A stretch of DNA of 32,271 nt from Bipalium vagum (lineage: Eukaryota), in the NCBI GenBank assembly GCA_037834085.1, contig JBBMKC010238222.1, forward strand, positions 1 through 32,271, written 5' to 3'. Within the stretch, counting starts at the first letter, position 1. Each line of letters opens with the position of its first letter. This document shows positions 12,870-23,520 of the stretch, piece after piece. A program made the position numbers and the translations under genes. The notes beneath the pieces are model-generated. The model was not told where the DNA came from. It saw only the letters and a list, made by a program, of their open reading frames with translations, and made no database searches.

Positions 12870-13751
12870 TTAATTATTTGATAAATATACATTTCTGATT
12901 CCATAAATTTTTCTGTTGATGTTAACCTTGATTTTGGAATAATCTGTCTCTATTAATGAAATTTGGGTTTGGGTATCTTTCAACCATGGTCTACTGGAGA
13001 TGGCACAACCATAGACATCGTTCGATTCTTCCATGGGTATATGATCACAATTCAGTAGAGTATACGTTTTAGAAGTGCTTTGATTATTGGAAATCGGATC
13101 ACTGTCTTCGGGATCATTTAATCTTTCATATGTTTTTGATAGAGACAATTTTAAGCCTCTCTTTGAAACACTGCGCTTAAGAAGAGAAAATGAAGGAAGC
13201 TTGAATGAGAAATTACTGTGACAACTCTGACTTCTTGAAATGTTGAGGTCTGAAGACAAATCACGTAATTTATTATTGTTAGAAAGACTCCTATTGGATC
13301 CAAACAGATGTAACAGAAAAGCAGATTCCACTGACATGGGTTGAGTGTTCTTTGCAATTGCATTGCTATTGAAATTACCTGATGGGAAAACCGAATGTAG
13401 CTTTCCATTGTACAACATCAGCCAGTCACCATATCCATTCAAGTCTGGCACAGATCCAGAATGGAAACTATTCATTTCAATGCTTGATCTCCATGCTTCC
13501 GACAAACTGGACTTGGGAAGAACGAAAATTGTATTCTTCTTTTTACAGAATATCAAAATGACCATAAGGGCTCCAATCAGCGTACAAAGAAACAACGACG
13601 CCAATATTATAATGCCAATTAGCGGACGACCAAGAACATAATTGTTGTCCATATATCCTCTGTAGTGGTCTGAATGCAATTTAGGATGTGTCCCTTCAAA
13701 AAGATATTTCCTGTTATTCTGAATCGTTGAATTATTATCAAAAATCTTCAT
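12870..13751 (-). CDS. Uncharacterised 293-aa single-pass membrane protein (predicted type III, N-out)
   Basis: 882-nt uninterrupted ORF with elevated GC in a background where random ORFs are short. Hydrophobic helix at aa 44-69 (LIGIIILASLFLCTLIGALMVILIFC) followed by KKK. N-glycosylation sequons NNS/NST at aa 6-9 and a Ser-rich tail. In-frame stops lie just upstream of the ATG, and a splice acceptor ttccttgcAG sits at 13863-13862. The C-terminus may be spliced after K275. Confidence 0.8.
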   Translation of the reverse strand: MKIFDNNSTIQNNRKYLFEGTHPKLHSDHYRGYMDNNYVLGRPLIGIIILASLFLCTLIGALMVILIFCKKKNTIFVLPKSSLSEAWRSSIEMNSFHSGSVPDLNGYGDWLMLYNGKLHSVFPSGNFNSNAIAKNTQPMSVESAFLLHLFGSNRSLSNNNKLRDLSSDLNISRSQSCHSNFSFKLPSFSLLKRSVSKRGLKLSLSKTYERLNDPEDSDPISNNQSTSKTYTLLNCDHIPMEESNDVYGCAISSRPWLKDTQTQISLIETDYSKIKVNINRKIYGIRNVYLSNN

Positions 13752-14181
13752 TGTACTTGAATGTCAATTGACAATTAAACAAGATGAAGAAAATTGTATA
13801 ACTGAAATAGATAAGTCTGCCTCTATTTTTTATTCTATTTGGAATAAGCAAATTGTATTGTCTGCAAGGAAAATAATTGATATTATTTATTTCTTTAAAT
13901 ATATTTAATGTTTATTTAAAGTCTCATTGATAATACTGAAGTGAAAATTAATAATTCCGATTATTGATAATTCTTAAAATATAAATAATATAATATATTA
14001 TATATCGTTATCAAATTATTAAACTCCCCAAATTCTGTTATTGAATATTTATAAACCACATTATTTATATTTTTCAATTCACCGGATTTTTGTTTTGTGA
14101 TAATATTACACCTGGAATTATATTTTAGTTGTAATTGAACACTATATTATTTTTTATACATAATATTTTTACAAAAATATA

Positions 14182-14262
14182 TATTGTATAGTTATTGTAC
14201 AATAACTATACAATAACTATAACTATAAAATACAATAACTATAACTATATAAAATAACTATA
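14182..14262. repeat. 34-bp perfect palindrome (14182-14215) running into ACAATAACTAT tandem units
   Basis: tattgtatagttattgt|acaataactatacaata pairs over 17 bp with no loop, followed by degenerate aactat repeats. Confidence 0.9.
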
Positions 14263-14491
14263 TAATTGTATATAATGTATATAAATTTCATTTTTTGTGA
14301 TGTTAATCTGAATAAATGGGTATAAATATTAATTATAAATATTAAATAATATTATTTATTTTCTTCATACATTTCCTGTTTTTTATTGTTAAAAGTTTAT
14401 TATTCACTTCGTTACTAATTATTTTGTATTTTATTATTTTTTTATGTGTCATTCAGACTTAGTTCTCTGAAAGTTTCAGTGATGACTTGTC

Positions 14492-14691
14492 AGTGATGAT
14501 GAGTCACTTAAAATCTATCTTGAGTCGTTTTTTGTAAAAACCAAAAGAGTTCTACGAACGGGGAATAATGACATCGATAGAAAAATGAAAGGTCATTAGT
14601 CAAAATGAAAAACACATAATTGATTAAAAATTTTTTTAAAATACATTTTTTGTTTTCATGAAAACATAACGGACATATTTGCCCAAATAAT
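14492..14691 (+). mobile_element. Mariner 3' terminal fragment
   Basis: LKIYLESFF..KPKEFYERGIMTSIEK*KVISQNEKHIID* matches the mariner C-terminus. Decayed TIR cggacatatttgcccaaataa. Confidence 0.75.
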
Positions 14692-14822
14692 CTGTTATAT
14701 ACATGATAGTTTATATGCAGTATATGAACAGTCTTATTCTATTTTTACAATCGTTTTTTAATTCTTGTTTTTACCAGAGAAGATGTAATTATTTGAAATC
14801 AAAATTATATAAAATCCTTTAC

Positions 14823-14908
14823 CTGAAAACGACTGTGATACAATAGAAAATTGATATTACATTCCTTTTCCTTTCTCGTGCGACGAGGGAGGGTTGATTA
14901 TTTATATA
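14823..14908 (-). promoter_or_regulatory. Candidate TATA box and first non-coding exon for the membrane-protein gene
   Basis: TATATAAA at 14908-14901 within a small CpG-containing island. Donor ttcAG|GTAAAG at 14823/14822 could splice to the acceptor at 13862. Confidence 0.3.
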
Positions 14909-15279
14909 GAGATCAGTAAAAAATCATCGCCGCCTGTCTTATTGTATCAATATTATATATCAGTTCACTTTTGGTTTTCACTATTATTAGGATGAATATT
15001 TTCGGAATTAAGGAAAATTTTGGTTCATCTTTAATATATTAATTAATATAACGGTATTAATATCTCAACATAATTTATCAATGCAATATATTTTGTTTAA
15101 TAAACATATTTAACCCATTTAACAGTGACATAACCCATTAAAATAATACAAATAACGACTTAATTTATTTTCTATTTTCGAACGAGTTTGATGAAATGTA
15201 GTAGTTTATATTATATTTTTTATATACAATTAATCTTGAATATTATCACATTTCACTTCGCTTGTCTTCTGGTACTCGT

Positions 15280-15420
15280 TGATCTTAAGCATTCAAAATT
15301 GTTTCATGATGGAATTCATCACATGCCTGTAAGACTTAAAGTTATCTATAACATTAGTGATTACTCTGATTGATAAATTTGTAACACTTTTAATAAAACA
15401 AATTTTGTAGGTAATTATTT
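15280..15420 (+). mobile_element. Mariner 3' terminal fragment
   Basis: KHSKLFHDGIHHMPVRLKVIYNISDYSD* resembles the mariner FxxGIxxLPxRWxKVIxxxGDY end. Confidence 0.55.
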
Positions 15421-15464
15421 TTTTTTATTTATTTTTACACCTAATAAATGTCAACTTAGAGATT

Positions 15465-15680
15465 ATTGTGAAGCATTTAATTCTGAGGCTAATTTTCTTA
15501 TGCTTGTTATTGAATTTGAATTGACTGCACCTGTTTGAACTATTTTTGTGCGGTCCTTCACCTTTCACTTCAGATATCTTCCTTTGCTACATCTATTGGT
15601 TTCCAGTTTTGTTTCCAGCAATGTATCAGAATGATTCCGATTTAAATTGGTAAGTAGCTCATTTTGAAAGTAAATATCTA
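15465..15680 (-). mobile_element. Tc1-like N-terminal (HTH) fragment
   Basis: ...NSNSITSIRKLASELNAS resembles the second HTH of Tc1/maT/rosa transposases. Confidence 0.45.
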
Positions 15681-16643
15681 AATAGAATTTCACGTTTTGA
15701 ATGTGAAAGCAATCAGCATAATATATATTAACAATTAATGATTATTTCGACATTTGAAAATTAATATACTTAAGATATTTCATTGAAGAGGAACGTTGTA
15801 AAAAACGCGAGTTATAATGACTCACCCTTAACTAGGAATTTTGTAGTAAATAATCGGATAACATTTTGAAGATATTTGAATAAAAGTATTAATAAACTTG
15901 AAAACGACAGTAATTATAATTCATTTCTGTTGAAAATGTCTTGGAAATAATTTGCTCAGATGCAAACAGTCGAAAAATTATTTAGTAGAAGAAGAATTTT
16001 CATCTTATAATGGCTGTCTGATAAAGAGTCTTCTTCAGAGCTTTAAAACTGATTAATGTACATCCAGAATGCTCCTCAGAATTAATAGAAATAATTTTTG
16101 ATGAATAAAAGTTTAACTAAACAAAATAAAATGTTATGGTTATGTAGAATCCCTAATTTGTTTTAATTGTTCAAAATATTTTAAAATTACATTCTAAATA
16201 TATTCTAATAAATATTAAAGTCCATTGAAATGATAGAATATATCAATGGAATTATATTTTTAATAATTAGTATTAATTATAAATTTTTTATTAAATAAAA
16301 TTTGAAAAAAATAAAAATCTTGTTATTGTTAAGGTTCAAAAATACATTTAAGATAATTAATAAAACCTTATTACTTTTCTCATGGTAACCTTTTTGGGAC
16401 AAATTTTAAAGTAAAGCTTGAAGATTTTAATTTCACATACTTGTTCAATTTTATTTTAATTTTATTATGGCTTTGATCATTTAGCTTTCGTCCACTTGAC
16501 GATTTTGATTTTTTAATTATCTATAAATTATAATTATACTTATTATTAATATCAGACGAGTGATTTTATTATTTTAATTGACTACTTGTCGCTAAACTAG
16601 ATTAAACACATGAGATAACAGTACAAAAATGTAAAATGTTCTG

Positions 16644-16801
16644 NNNNNNNNNNNNNNNNNNNNNNNNNNNNNNNNNNNNNNNNNNNNNNNNNNNNNNNNN
16701 NNNNNNNNNNNNNNNNNNNNNNNNNNNNNNNNNNNNNNNNNNNNNNNNNNNNNNNNNNNNNNNNNNNNNNNNNNNNNNNNNNNNNNNNNNNNNNNNNNNN
16801 N
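16644..16801. other. Assembly gap (158 N)
   Basis: Run of n. Confidence 1.
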
Positions 16802-17909
16802 ATTAACATTATTTTAAAACCTTTAATCTGGTGATACATTTTTACATATTTATATTTTATTGGCAATTTGTTTTATTATATTCTACTTGAGAGAGACTAA
16901 TTCATAGTTTCATTTGAAAAACAATTAAGATTTAAAATAAAATAGTTAAAATTCTCTGTGCCTTTTAAATAATTAAAAATATTTATAAAAATTTATTTAT
17001 ATTTAGAGATTTAAATTCTTATTATAATTCTTATTATTATATTCTTATTCAAACAACTTTTAAAATAATTATAATATAATATATTTGAATTAAGGAATTT
17101 CCTGTTTAATAAATGTCCACATAAATATTAATATATATATTTAATCACAAAATATATCATAATATTTGATTAATAAACAAATTTTAGATTTTTCTCTTTA
17201 CTGTGATAATTAAATTTTGAAAATTAATAAAACAAATTATTGTCAAAAGATTTTGGTGGAATTTTAATGTGAGGCAATAAAAAATGATTTTTTTCTTTCC
17301 AGGATATTAGAAACAAGAAATTTTCTTTTTCAGCTTGTTCGAAACTGATACATCTCTCCAGGAAGATAATAAAATTTAATAATAAATTCATAATTTTATA
17401 AATTTATAAGTTTATAAATGATTTATAACAAAAAGGTAAAAATAATATGTCTATTTATTATATAAATTTGAAATGTAACTGGGTAGAAATAAATAAATAA
17501 ATAAATAAATTCTCAATATTGAATGGCTTTCAATCTGCTCCATCAAAATAATTGAGAATATGACAATTAATTCACAAGAATTAATTTAATGGAAAATGCA
17601 ATTTAAACATTTCCATTTTTCAAATGTTTTGTGAAAATTAACTTTCATTTTATTAATTAGGAGCATTTTTAAAAATGTTGGGAGAATTATTCAGTTGAAG
17701 AATATTAATTCCAAAACGGAATTGTAATTAATTAATAATAATTAACCTGATAATACTAAAATCCTCAACCTCGAGCTGGAAAATTGAAATTGGCTAATTT
17801 TAATTAAATATTTCCAGAATTCCCCAGAATCACTTTTACGATTTACATTAATAATTTATGATAAAAAATTTTCTTATTTTGTTTAAATGAATTATTTCAA
17901 TTCGTGGTA

Positions 17910-18200
17910 GACGGTGTGTATAAAGTAAATATTCGATTTTAAACTGTAATACCGTCAAATATATTCCATATAAGACTGCAGATGTTTGACGCAGTAACAT
18001 TTATTTATTAAAATTTAATATTTTTCTACAAAATGACCATTAGCTTTAATAGACTTTTGTAAGCGACTATAAAAGATATTCATAACATTTTGACACATTT
18101 CTGGTAGTATTCTAGCTGCCTCCATTTGGATAATATCTTTAATTTCATGGATATCTTTTGGTTTTCTTCTATATACCCGTTTCAGGTATATCTTCATAAG
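17910..18200 (-). mobile_element. Tc1/rosa-like transposon 3' fragment
   Basis: YLKRVYRRKPKDIHEIKDIIQMEAARILPEMCQNVMNIFYSRLQKSIKANGHFVE* is a typical Tc1-family C-terminus. TIR-like gacggtgtgtataaag at about 17910. Confidence 0.8.
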
Positions 18201-18380
18201 GCTTACTTATTTCACAAATTTATATCAACCAATCCAATATCTTATGATTTCTTTTGCTAATCATCAACACCATTTACAAATCAATACAAAGTAAGCCTAA
18301 CAATTATTAGATCGTACCACAATTTGTTTCACAAAAATAATATAACAAAAATGTTTCAGTAATGTCTCGTCTCAGCAATA

Positions 18381-18830
18381 CTACAAAGCACCTTCAACAA
18401 AAATAGATAGAGGACAAAACAAAGTTAATATGAAAATAGGTTAAAATAAAATATTTTAACTTTTATAATATCCAACTTTTTCTACCAAGCTGGAAGGTAA
18501 TTCCTCTAACACAATTAAGCCATAATCATGAAAAATTATCATTAGTCCCTATCCTCGCAAACTATAATCACATCATGGAAATTGCTAACTAGATAATCTA
18601 GGTATTAAATTATTTCCAAATGAATCCCAATAAAATGTTGAAAGATATCTCTCATGGGTTATAGGAACTAAAGGATTCTTTTGGTAAAAACGATTTAAAC
18701 CATCAGAAAAGTAATATCCTTTAAGTTCAAGATATGAATAGTATAGAGTAACACAAATTTTCCAAAGAATGTCCAAGTTCTTCAAACACCTTTTTGACAT
18801 TTCAAGCAGTAGGTCGTCATCGGAACTCAA
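18381..18830 (-). pseudogene. Decayed 150-codon orphan reading frame, origin unknown
   Basis: One frame runs 18830-18381 with three clustered internal stops (TAG 18585, TGA 18573, TAG 18549). No transposase motifs recognised. Confidence 0.35.
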
Positions 18831-19164
18831 ATTTCGAAATAACTTCTTTTATTTTAATTCTTTAACCAATCAGTAAAAATTATTTTTCAGTAAATTAGAA
18901 CAACGTAGTTCGAAATAAAAAAATAAATGTTTTCAAATTAAAAATTAAAAATGATAAATATAATATCTCATATTTTTTAAAAAGTAAAACTGAACTGTCA
19001 AACTTGGTCTTTTACAAAATCTGACGTTTTAAACAAAATGACCTGATAAATTAATTAAAAATAACAGAAAACAAAAAATAAATAATTTTCTTTTTCAATT
19101 TGTTTATATTTAATGATCTTTATCAATGAGAAGAATGAGTTAAATGTTACCATTTCCTATTTAC

Positions 19165-19412
19165 CCAAGGCTGTAAATATCGACCACCAGCTTTATTGAT
19201 CCTTCGAAACCATTCATTTTCTCCAGGATGATCCTGTCGGAAAATGTTTGAATTTCTGTCCGAGAATCGGGGAAAAAATATTACGAAATTGTACATTTTT
19301 GATTACCTCATTAACATTTCATGTATTTATAAAATTTCGTGAACCCCATTTCTGCAAAGCCATGTTCTTATGCCGCAGCCCCTTGCATAAATAAATCATC
19401 GTTTCACTTTAT
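19165..19412 (-). other. Two candidate exons (19412-19307, 19233-19165) separated by a 73-nt GT-AG intron
   Basis: gAG|GTAATC donor at 19307/19306, ttttccgacAG acceptor at 19235-19234 and tGG|GTAAAT donor at 19165/19164, in a GC-elevated island. Confidence 0.4.
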
Positions 19413-20251
19413 CTATGGCAACACTTGATTAATAAGTAACAAAATTAATGTCAGTGCCATCTCAGCATTTATTAAAGTTATATTAGGAAAAAGGATTTTA
19501 TTTTCCAATATTTTCTTTTATTATTATTAGAAATCTCCGCAAAAATTGTTTATGGAGTCAGTAGAAATGAAAAAGTCTCTCTTTTTACGAAATGATGTCC
19601 GACATTTTCAAAAGAATTTTTTCAAATTTTTTACTTAAAAATGACTAAATTGATATTTTATTTTATTTTTTTTTACCTGAAATTATTTTCTGTCGGGTTG
19701 TAATGTCATTTTATTTTATTGTAAATTGTTATTTTTATTCATTTATAGCCATTTTTTATCATGTCGATTAAACTCTCATTGATTACCGCCTTTTCCGTTA
19801 GTTATCGAACCAATTATGGTAATTACTTGAATTAAAAATGAGAAAATTAAAAATTAATCAAAATTAATTAATTACTCAACAACTTTTTCGATGACCGATC
19901 CAGTGATTTCTTGTTTAAATGTATCGATAATTTAAAGGAAAACTGGAATTATGTTGTTAACATGAAATTTTCATCATTGATGAACTTGATATTATTGTAC
20001 AAGATTTTATTGTAAACAAGGTCTTAATAAATATTAAAAAAATCATTGAAAATTATGTTAACACCCCCTTATTAAATTGAGAATGTTAAATATAATAATA
20101 ATAAATATTATAACTATTATAAGTAAATATTAATAATAATATTAATATTTCTACTAATCAATTAATAATATTAAAAGAATATTACATTTTCTATAACCAT
20201 ATTAGATTTTTATAAAAGATTTTGACAAATGAATGTAAGATGCACAATCTA

Positions 20252-20700
20252 TTAGGTTGGTAACAAAATAATTTGGTTTTTTATATTCACACTTTACAAT
20301 AGATTGTTTGAAAACACATTTGTTTGAAAAAATTAATTTATGTACCATTTCAAAGCTCAAAAAATACTTTACATTCCCCTATGTTTTACCTTACCATTAT
20401 TAATTAATTTCTGATTTATAATATTGATAGAAAATATATTTAAAAATTGTCAATTGCAAGCAATTACAACTGTATTGGTTCAATTTTGACAATAATACTT
20501 CGGAAATCACTTGTAGAACCAATGACTCAGCATACATGCATATCATGCAAAACTCATCAGTTTCCAAAGTCGAGATTGCACAAAAGCAAAACTACGATGT
20601 TAGCTTGGTGATTGATGATCGGTCTGATTCATTACAGTTTATTAAATCAAGGAGAAACATGATATAGAGAGAAGTTAATGAAATAAACCGGAAATTGCAA
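20252..20700 (+). mobile_element. Mariner 5' fragment (same family as 24780-25050)
   Basis: TA-TTAGGTTGGTAACAAAATAATTTGG TIR, then decayed LYWFNFDNNTSEITCRTND (mariner N-terminus). About 250 bp aligns by eye with 24780-25050. Confidence 0.7.
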
Positions 20701-21699
20701 TTACCAAGTAAATAGAAAATCGATGAAAGTTCGCTAACCTTTATATCTCCATTTAAATTGTTCTGATTTTATAATTGTTAAAAAAATTAATCTTCTTTAA
20801 CTTTATCTCCATTATTCTTAATGAGAATGGGTATCCCTTGAATAAATCTCAAAATAATATTTTTTTAAAATCATCTTAGACGAAAAATGTTTTATTAATA
20901 AAAAATAATCAGAACTTTTAGTAAAGGGTAACAGATTTGGTAGTTCTGCTTGAGAATTAGATTGGTCGTAAATATTTTCTTTCCTTAATATAATTATTTA
21001 TAGTCATCATTATATATCGATTTTATGCATAGTGTTAGGTTTCATAAGGATTTAGAGTCAAAATGTGAAAGCCTCGGAATTTTGGCGACATCTAATTATC
21101 TGAAGACCTTAATAATTATTGTTCGCTTGTTTAACGGTAAAATGATTTCTCTATTTAATTATTTAATTTCCGGACTAATTTTCATCGTTCACGAAATTAA
21201 TAAGAAACGAATATTAAAAGAAAAAAAATATTCTTATTTATAAGACCAAGAAAATCTGTTTGTTAGCCCAAAATCGATTGCGATCATGTAGAGATTAATA
21301 TTAATGAAATAAAATTTATTTTAAAAAAAAGAAAATAATTTTCAAACAAATAAATTATCAAAATTGGAAAGCTTAAAATTTTTCATAGCAAATTTTATCA
21401 TTTGAACGACAATTTCATTTTGAGATTTTTAATTCCAAAAGCAATTTGAGAAAAAACTTTAAAAGGTTTTGTTAAATTGATATAATATTAATTATTAAGT
21501 TCTCATCAATAAATAAGAATTTAATTAAAATTTTATAAAATTAATCAAGTTATAAATTGTTGCTTAGGGTTTTGAAAATAATTATAACAGGAGAGTTTCG
21601 GTAATTTTGTGATTATTTTTTATAATTAAATTAATTCTGGGAATATAATTATAAATATTTATAATATAACTTTTTTATTGTATGAAAAATTATGAAAGT

Positions 21700-22440
21700 G
21701 AAAATGAAATGCTTTTATTATTGAACATAGTCTCCCAACAACTCTATACATTTGGTCCAGTTCTTCTGAAATAATTTTATATCATGTTTAAAGTGCTATT
21801 CCAGAAATTCTGTAAAAATAAGCTGAAATATGACCGATATTTATTTGAAGAAAAATGCTGCCCTGAAAGAAACTGTTTTAGGTTTTTGAAAAGATAGAAG
21901 TTACTTTGAGCTAATGGTCGAGCTGATTTTCAATCAAATAATAATTTAATTCTTTGATTTTTGACATTGACGATGATAATGGATTTTTCCTTCTGTACAT
22001 CAGGTCTTTTTGGGAATCATTGCATCTAACTTGTCTAATAACCTTGTCTAGTCTTCGGATCTCCTACTTTTGCATTTCTCAAAGTAATCTATCAAAAGAT
22101 TACCTTTGCTATTAAATGGGATTACAATTTTAGCTTCTCATTCCTTCTGCCGTTTTCTTTTCAATCTATATTTATTCATTAAAAGTAATTCTTGTACATT
22201 TATTCATATATAAAGTATTAATTAAATCATTATTGTGTATTAAAAATATTTATTCATTAGCCTATCTATTACGCTATGAACTGAATACATTCGTCCTTTA
22301 GTAAATCTTGATACAGAGAACTTATCTTAGATAAGGATTTATTTTTTTACCCTTTTTATTACTTCGCTAATGTTAAAGTTGATCTTGAAAAGTCAATAGA
22401 GGTTACCAGTTTCTTATAAGCATATGTTCGACATTAAAAA
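21700..22440 (-). mobile_element. Irritans-like mariner remnant, heavily decayed
   Basis: NFYLFKNLKQFLSGQHFSSN and DIKLFQKNWTKCIELLGDYVQ* on the minus strand (Himar1-type C-terminus). Confidence 0.7.
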
Positions 22441-22480
22441 TACCTGTGAAAAATTTATTTCATTAACATTCATTCCTTAC

Positions 22481-22770
22481 CAGTGCTTCTATTACATACT
22501 TTCCTCACAATTTGATAATGTGATCCATAAGTGTATACTAAGACCATGAATTATTGATATAGCGGATTCGCACTCAAACGAATTATTTGCCTTTCTTTTC
22601 GCAGTATCACAGATAATTTATTTATGTACTCATCTGGATACTGTTTGATCTGAACTAGCAAGTTATTCTGAAAAGAGCCCTTAGTGAATATCAATGCATT
22701 TTGGGATGGGTCTCACGCTAAAAGAAAAGTTCTCTAATTTATTTTTGTGGTATATTTAGTATCTAAAATT
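22481..22770 (-). other. Candidate non-coding or pseudo exon (290 nt)
   Basis: Acceptor tttcttgttacAG at 22772-22771 and donor ctG|GTAAGG at 22481/22480. GC-elevated, but no open frame across it. Confidence 0.3.
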
Positions 22771-23244
22771 CTGTAACAAGAAATAATCAATTTTAAAGAG
22801 GTTATGATTTTTTATAATGAAATACAAATCCTTTATTTATTTAATCATTCTCCAATAATATTATAAAATATCTTACATTTAATTTAATAAAAGATATTTT
22901 ATATATAAAATGTCTTCTCTTTTCAAGTAATATTTTTTATTATTTTATATTATTTAAGGTTGAAAATTTATACAAAAATAATTTTTAATTTTATATTTTC
23001 CTTTTTCTTGTTCTTACTCTTTTTTCTTCACTTAAAGAATTTTTAAAAATTATATTAATAACGATTATATTAATAAATAATAAATAATAATAAAATTATA
23101 ATAATAATAATAATTAATATTAAAATTATTATTAAATTGCTTTTAATCTCTCCATTTTATTATGTATTTTTCAGCAATTTGTTATTAAGTATTTCATTAG
23201 TTATTTTAATTTCTATAATTCTTGCTCAGACAAACATTAAAAAT

Positions 23245-23520
23245 CTTTCACGAAAGTAGGGGGAACACAAAATAGCGTTTTTATAAACATTTATTCCAGA
23301 AATCATAAATTTTATAACTAATATTCACATTAAATATTCACCATGACACAAAATGATGATTTTCAGGTTGTCTCTCAATCGGTTCAACTCAAAAATGAGC
23401 TTGTCTGTCGTCTGATGTCCATAGAACTGTTCTAGGAACATTTTTATTTCTTGCAAGGATTTAAATATTTTCATTGCTCACTTTGACTCACAAAATTCTT
23501 GAATATGAAGCGATCCATAA
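23245..23520 (-). mobile_element. Tc1/mariner 3' fragment
   Basis: KIFKSLQEIKMFLEQFYGHQTTDKLIFELNRLRDNLKIIILCHGEY* resembles a transposase C-terminus. TIR-like cacgaaagtagggggaacac at about 23249. Confidence 0.45.

Noticed and set aside
13151-13641. 85-aa and 98-aa ORFs overlapping the 293-aa CDS
   Set aside because: Shadow frames of a GC-richer coding region with no independent support.
15110-15140. TTAACCC piggyBac-like terminus
   Set aside because: No convincing partner TIR or piggyBac transposase motif found.
16597-16866. 89-aa ORF in the track
   Set aside because: Artefact of translating through the N gap.
19165-19262. Anillin/rhotekin-like peptide TEIQTFSDRIILEKMNGFEGSIKLVVDIYSL
   Set aside because: Only a loose 30-aa resemblance from memory, with no flanking exons continuing the domain.
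21025-21243. 72-aa ORF, and similar short ORFs at 317, 2465, 24946 and 27936
   Set aside because: Low-complexity I/F/K/N-rich translations typical of AT-rich non-coding DNA or of TE antisense strands.
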